From IMG/VR virus record IMGVR_UViG_2531839179_000028: a DNA stretch of 19,148 nt. One strand, 5' to 3'. This DNA is from a virus (lineage: Duplodnaviria > Heunggongvirae > Uroviricota > Caudoviricetes). This document shows positions 16,215 through 19,148 of this stretch, piece after piece. The position numbers were made by a program, and so were the translations under genes. Below the pieces are notes generated by a model. That model saw only the letters and a list, made by a program, of their open reading frames with translations, did no database searches and was not told where the DNA came from. Positions within the stretch are counted from its first letter, which is position 1. Every line of letters starts with the position of its first letter.

Positions 16215-16236
16215 CCCGCCACTGAGCGGGTTTTTT
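16215..16236 (+). terminator. Intrinsic terminator, second copy of the tR'-like sequence
   Basis: Identical CCCGC-CACTGA-GCGGG hairpin followed by T6. The wider stretch 16213-16240 is a near-identical direct repeat of 14382-14410. Confidence 0.65.
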
Positions 16237-16334
16237 GTACCTGTAAACTTGGTGCAGTACAGTAAACACGCTGGTGGTCGTGAATACTGACTTTTTATCT
16301 TGCTGGCTTTTTAGACAAGAGTTATTGGTATGTC

Positions 16335-16562
16335 ATGTTAACCAGAAGGGAAAAAGACATGATAAAACAGCAAGATATGACAGAAACCGCCGCCGCAGTC
16401 CTTCATTTCTTACCTGCTGACAAGTGGGTAACGCCACGCATGATGACGAGAACTACCGGAGTAAGCGAAGCCCAGTGCCAGTTAATACTGACTCAGTTAG
16501 TTCTGGCGGGTCTGGCGAAGGATAACGGCGGGTACGGGAATAAATTCAGACGCTGCCAGTAA
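16335..16562 (+). CDS. Small hypothetical protein upstream of the methyltransferase
   Basis: 75-aa ORF (alternative start at MIKQQD with a GGGA-rich upstream region). I recognise no domain, so it may be non-coding. Confidence 0.3.
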   Translation: MLTRREKDMIKQQDMTETAAAVLHFLPADKWVTPRMMTRTTGVSEAQCQLILTQLVLAGLAKDNGGYGNKFRRCQ

Positions 16563-16712
16563 TGGCGGTTTCCTGCTGTGAAAATGGGCGGCTGGTGGGT
16601 GTTGGTAGCACCTGCCAGCCATTCGCTCATGCTTACTGGTCACAAGCGAACCACGGCCCACTGCTTTAGCGCAAAAGCAGAGTGAGCCTACCAGAGTTAC
16701 GCTTACTGATCC

Positions 16713-17765
16713 ATGAAAAATACTGTAAAAATAAACAGTGTTGATTTGATCAACGCTGATTGCCTGCATTTTATTCAGTCCCTGCCTGATGATTCCATTG
16801 ACCTGATTGTTACCGATCCGCCTTACTTCAAGGTGAAACCCAACGGTTGGGACAATCAGTGGAAAGGGGATGAAGATTACCTTAAGTGGCTGGACCACTG
16901 TCTGGCCCAGTTCTGGCGGGTGTTAAAACCTGCCGGAAGCCTTTACCTGTTCTGTGGGCATCGCCTGGCATCTGATATTGAGATCATGATGCGTGAACGT
17001 TTCAACGTGCTTAACCATATCATCTGGGCGAAGCCGTCCGGACGTTGGAATGGGTGTAATAAAGAAAGTCTGCGCGCATATTTTCCTGCCACAGAGCGCG
17101 TTCTGTTTGCTGAACATTACCAGGGGCCATATCGCGGCAAAAGTGACGGCTATGCGGCAAAAGAAAGGGCACTCAAACAGCACATAATGGCACCGCTGAT
17201 ATCGTATTTCAGGGATGCTCGTGCCGAACTGGGTATAACGGCAAAACAAATTGCCGAAGCCACAGGTAAGAAAAATATGGTTTCCCACTGGTTTGGTGCC
17301 AGTCAGTGGCAGTTGCCGAATGAGGCTGACTATCGGAAGTTACAGGCACTGTTTTCCCGTATAGCGGCAGAGAAGTTTCAGGAACAACAACTGGAACAAC
17401 CACACCACCAGCTGGTGGCATCTTATGATTCACTGAATCGCAAATATTCTGAATTGCTGGATGAGTTTAAATCTCTCCGGCGCTATTTCTCCGTATCAGT
17501 CTCCGTGCCTTATACCGATGTCTGGATGCATAAACCCGTTCAGTTCTACCCGGGTAAACATCCGTGTGAGAAACCGGCGGATATGCTCAGGCAAATAATC
17601 AATGCCAGTAGTCGACCTGGTGATCTGGTTGCTGATTTTTTTATGGGATCCGGTTCCACAATAAAAGCAGCAATGGCGCTGGGGCGTCGGGCCTTAGGTG
17701 TTGAGCTTGAGTCAGAGCGGTTTAACCAGACAGTGAAAGAGATAAACGAGCTGGTGGGGAAATAA
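16713..17765 (+). CDS. Beta-class DNA amino-methyltransferase (N6-adenine or N4-cytosine), orphan
   Basis: 350 aa with motif IV DPPY (VTDPPYF) near the N-terminus and the AdoMet-binding motif FFMGSGST near the C-terminus, the permuted order typical of beta-class methyltransferases. No adjacent restriction endonuclease gene. Confidence 0.85.
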   Translation: MKNTVKINSVDLINADCLHFIQSLPDDSIDLIVTDPPYFKVKPNGWDNQWKGDEDYLKWLDHCLAQFWRVLKPAGSLYLFCGHRLASDIEIMMRERFNVLNHIIWAKPSGRWNGCNKESLRAYFPATERVLFAEHYQGPYRGKSDGYAAKERALKQHIMAPLISYFRDARAELGITAKQIAEATGKKNMVSHWFGASQWQLPNEADYRKLQALFSRIAAEKFQEQQLEQPHHQLVASYDSLNRKYSELLDEFKSLRRYFSVSVSVPYTDVWMHKPVQFYPGKHPCEKPADMLRQIINASSRPGDLVADFFMGSGSTIKAAMALGRRALGVELESERFNQTVKEINELVGK

Positions 17766-17772
17766 TCTGGTA

Positions 17773-17792
17773 GCCACGCAGGTGGCCTTTTT
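17773..17792 (+). terminator. Possible intrinsic terminator after the methyltransferase gene
   Basis: GCCAC-GCAG-GTGGC hairpin followed by C and T5 (17788-17792). Short stem. Confidence 0.4.
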
Positions 17793-17831
17793 ATTTCCAT
17801 TACACAGCACCCGCATCTGCGAGGTGGGGTT

Positions 17832-18047
17832 ATGAAATCCATGGATAAGTTAACAACGGGTGTCGCCTATGGCACCTCAGCAGGTAGTGCCGGTTACTGG
17901 TTTTTACAACTGCTCGATAAAGTCACGCCCTCACAGTGGGCAGCAATAGGTGTGCTGGGTAGCCTGGTATTTGGCCTGCTGACGTACCTGACAAACCTTT
18001 ATTTCAAGATTAAAGAAGATAAGCGCAAGGCTGCGAGAGGTGAATAA
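17832..18047 (+). CDS. Class II holin (phage 21 S21-like pinholin) with dual-start motif
   Basis: 71 aa ([26 protein letters not shown]…[38 protein letters not shown]), closely resembling S21 as I recall it. Met1 and Met4 give the holin/antiholin dual start. GGTGGGG RBS upstream. Confidence 0.85.
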
Positions 18048-18544
18048 TGCCTCCATCATTACGAAAAGCCGTTGCTGCTGCTATTGGTGGCGGAGCAATT
18101 GCTATAGCATCAGTGTTAATTACTGGCCCAAGTGGTAACGATGGTCTGGAAGGTGTCAGCTACATACCATACAAAGATATTGTTGGTGTATGGACTGTAT
18201 GTCACGGGCATACAGGAAAAGACATCATGCTCGGTAAAACGTATACCAAAGCAGAATGCAAAGCCCTCCTGAATAAAGACCTTGCCACGGTCGCCAGACA
18301 AATTAACCCGTACATCAAAGTCGATATACCGGAAACAACGCGCGGCGCTCTTTACTCGTTCGTCTACAACGTGGGTGCTGGCAATTTCAGAACATCGACG
18401 CTTCTTCGCAAAATAAACCAGGGCGATATCAAAGGCGCATGTGACCAGCTACGTCGCTGGACATACGCTGGCGGTAAGCAATGGAAAGGCCTGATGACTC
18501 GTCGTGAGATTGAGCGTGAAGTCTGTTTGTGGGGGCAACAATGA
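18047..18544 (+). CDS. SAR (signal-anchor-release) endolysin, lysozyme family
   Basis: 165 aa. The N-terminal Gly/Ala-rich weakly hydrophobic segment ([20 protein letters not shown]) is typical of SAR domains, followed by a T4-lysozyme-like catalytic region (EGVSY…[11 protein letters not shown]). The start overlaps the holin stop (TAATG). Confidence 0.85.
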
Positions 18545-19008
18545 GCAGAGTAACCGCGATTATCTCCGCTCTGGTTATCTGCATCATCGTCTGCCTGTCG
18601 TGGGCGGTCAATCATTACCGTGATAACGCCATCGCCTACAAAGAACAGCGAGATAAAAAAGTCAGTGAGCTGAAGCAGGCGACCGCCACCATTACTGACA
18701 TGCAGCAGCGCCAGCGTTCTGCTGATGCACTCGATGCTAAATACACGAAGGAGTTAGCTGATGCGAAAGCTGAAAATGATGCTCTTCGGCGCAAGCTTGA
18801 TAATGGTGGTCGGGTGTTCGTCAAAGGAAAATGCCCTGTGCCATCCTCAGCCGAAACCTCCAGCGCCTCCGGCATGGGCAATGATGCCACCGTCGAACTC
18901 TCTCCAGTTGCTGGACGAAACGTTCTCGGTATCCGGGACGGAATCATCAGCGACCAAACAGCACTGAGAACGCTTCAGGAATACATCAGGACGCAATGCC
19001 TTCGATGA
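18541..19008 (+). CDS. Rz-like inner-membrane spanin (i-spanin)
   Basis: N-terminal transmembrane segment ([18 protein letters not shown]) followed by a coiled-coil-rich periplasmic domain. ATG 18541 overlaps the endolysin stop (ATGA) and follows GGGGG. An in-frame ATG at 18529 is an alternative start. Confidence 0.75.
18761..18967 (+). CDS. Rz1-like outer-membrane lipoprotein spanin (o-spanin), embedded in the +1 frame of Rz
   Basis: 68 aa with signal peptide and lipobox (LIMVVGCSS) and a proline-rich mature region (PQPKPPAPP). Lies wholly within the Rz gene, the classic Rz/Rz1 arrangement. Confidence 0.7.
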   Translation: MRKLKMMLFGASLIMVVGCSSKENALCHPQPKPPAPPAWAMMPPSNSLQLLDETFSVSGTESSATKQH

Positions 19009-19148
19009 TAGCGATAATTTTACTTATCATCCTTCACATCTGGCTCTGTAGACAGGGTGGTGATCACTTCTGGAGTGAATCCAGATTAAACATCTCATTG
19101 CTGATGCTTGATATTGAGCATCTTGCGCGCGGTAAGGGGCTGCGTTGA

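Noticed and set aside
15031-16222. Antisense ORFs inside IS630 (15031-15537 minus) and opposite the lipoprotein gene (15779-16222 minus)
   Set aside because: The first is antisense to the transposase with no RBS. The second is a low-complexity frame in AT-rich DNA opposite a gene with a clear lipoprotein signal peptide.
16563-16712. Possible tRNA or small RNA gene between the small ORF and the methyltransferase (direct repeat GCTTACTG at 16631 and 16701, local hairpins), by analogy with tRNA genes found downstream of Q in some lambdoid phages
   Set aside because: I could not build a cloverleaf. There is no 7-bp acceptor stem pairing, no GTTCRANYC T-loop box and no CCA-proximal structure, so the repeats are more likely promoter or leader sequence.
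1-19148. CRISPR arrays, rRNA genes or tRNA genes at the att site
   Set aside because: No regularly spaced direct repeats of CRISPR type were seen. The attachment junction lies in a protein-coding gene (prfC), not a tRNA.
19009-19148. Possible partial minus-strand ORF entering from beyond the right edge of the window
   Set aside because: Only about 40 codons are visible, with no recognisable motif. It cannot be assessed without downstream sequence.

Overview
This window is the left ~19 kb of a lambdoid, mosaic prophage of an Escherichia-type host, starting at the host junction inside the 5' end of prfC; head and tail genes lie beyond the window. All calls rest on reading the sequence and on recalled protein families, with no database search run. 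Gene order: prfC' fragment/att junction, tyrosine integrase, an AT-rich orphan cargo gene, an AlpA/Xis-like gene, a leftward early operon (two DUF551-like proteins, an HD-domain protein, a DUF2303-like protein, a small protein), a ~600 bp structured GC-rich leader behind a pL-like promoter, CI repressor, a Cro/YdaS-like gene, a frameshifted CII/YdaT-like gene, a replication initiator with internal iterons, a PerC-like regulator, Dam methyltransferase, a LexA-DNA-binding-like protein, RusA, a KilA-N protein, a DUF968 protein and antiterminator Q. Downstream of Q are a tR'-like terminator, an IS630 insertion, an AT-rich lipoprotein moron, a second terminator copy, a beta-class DNA methyltransferase, and a phage-21-type lysis cassette (pinholin, SAR endolysin, Rz/Rz1). 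The strongest candidates for something undescribed are the AT-rich orphan gene beside the integrase, the IS630-disrupted lipoprotein moron bracketed by duplicated terminators, and the ORF-less structured leader of the leftward operon.
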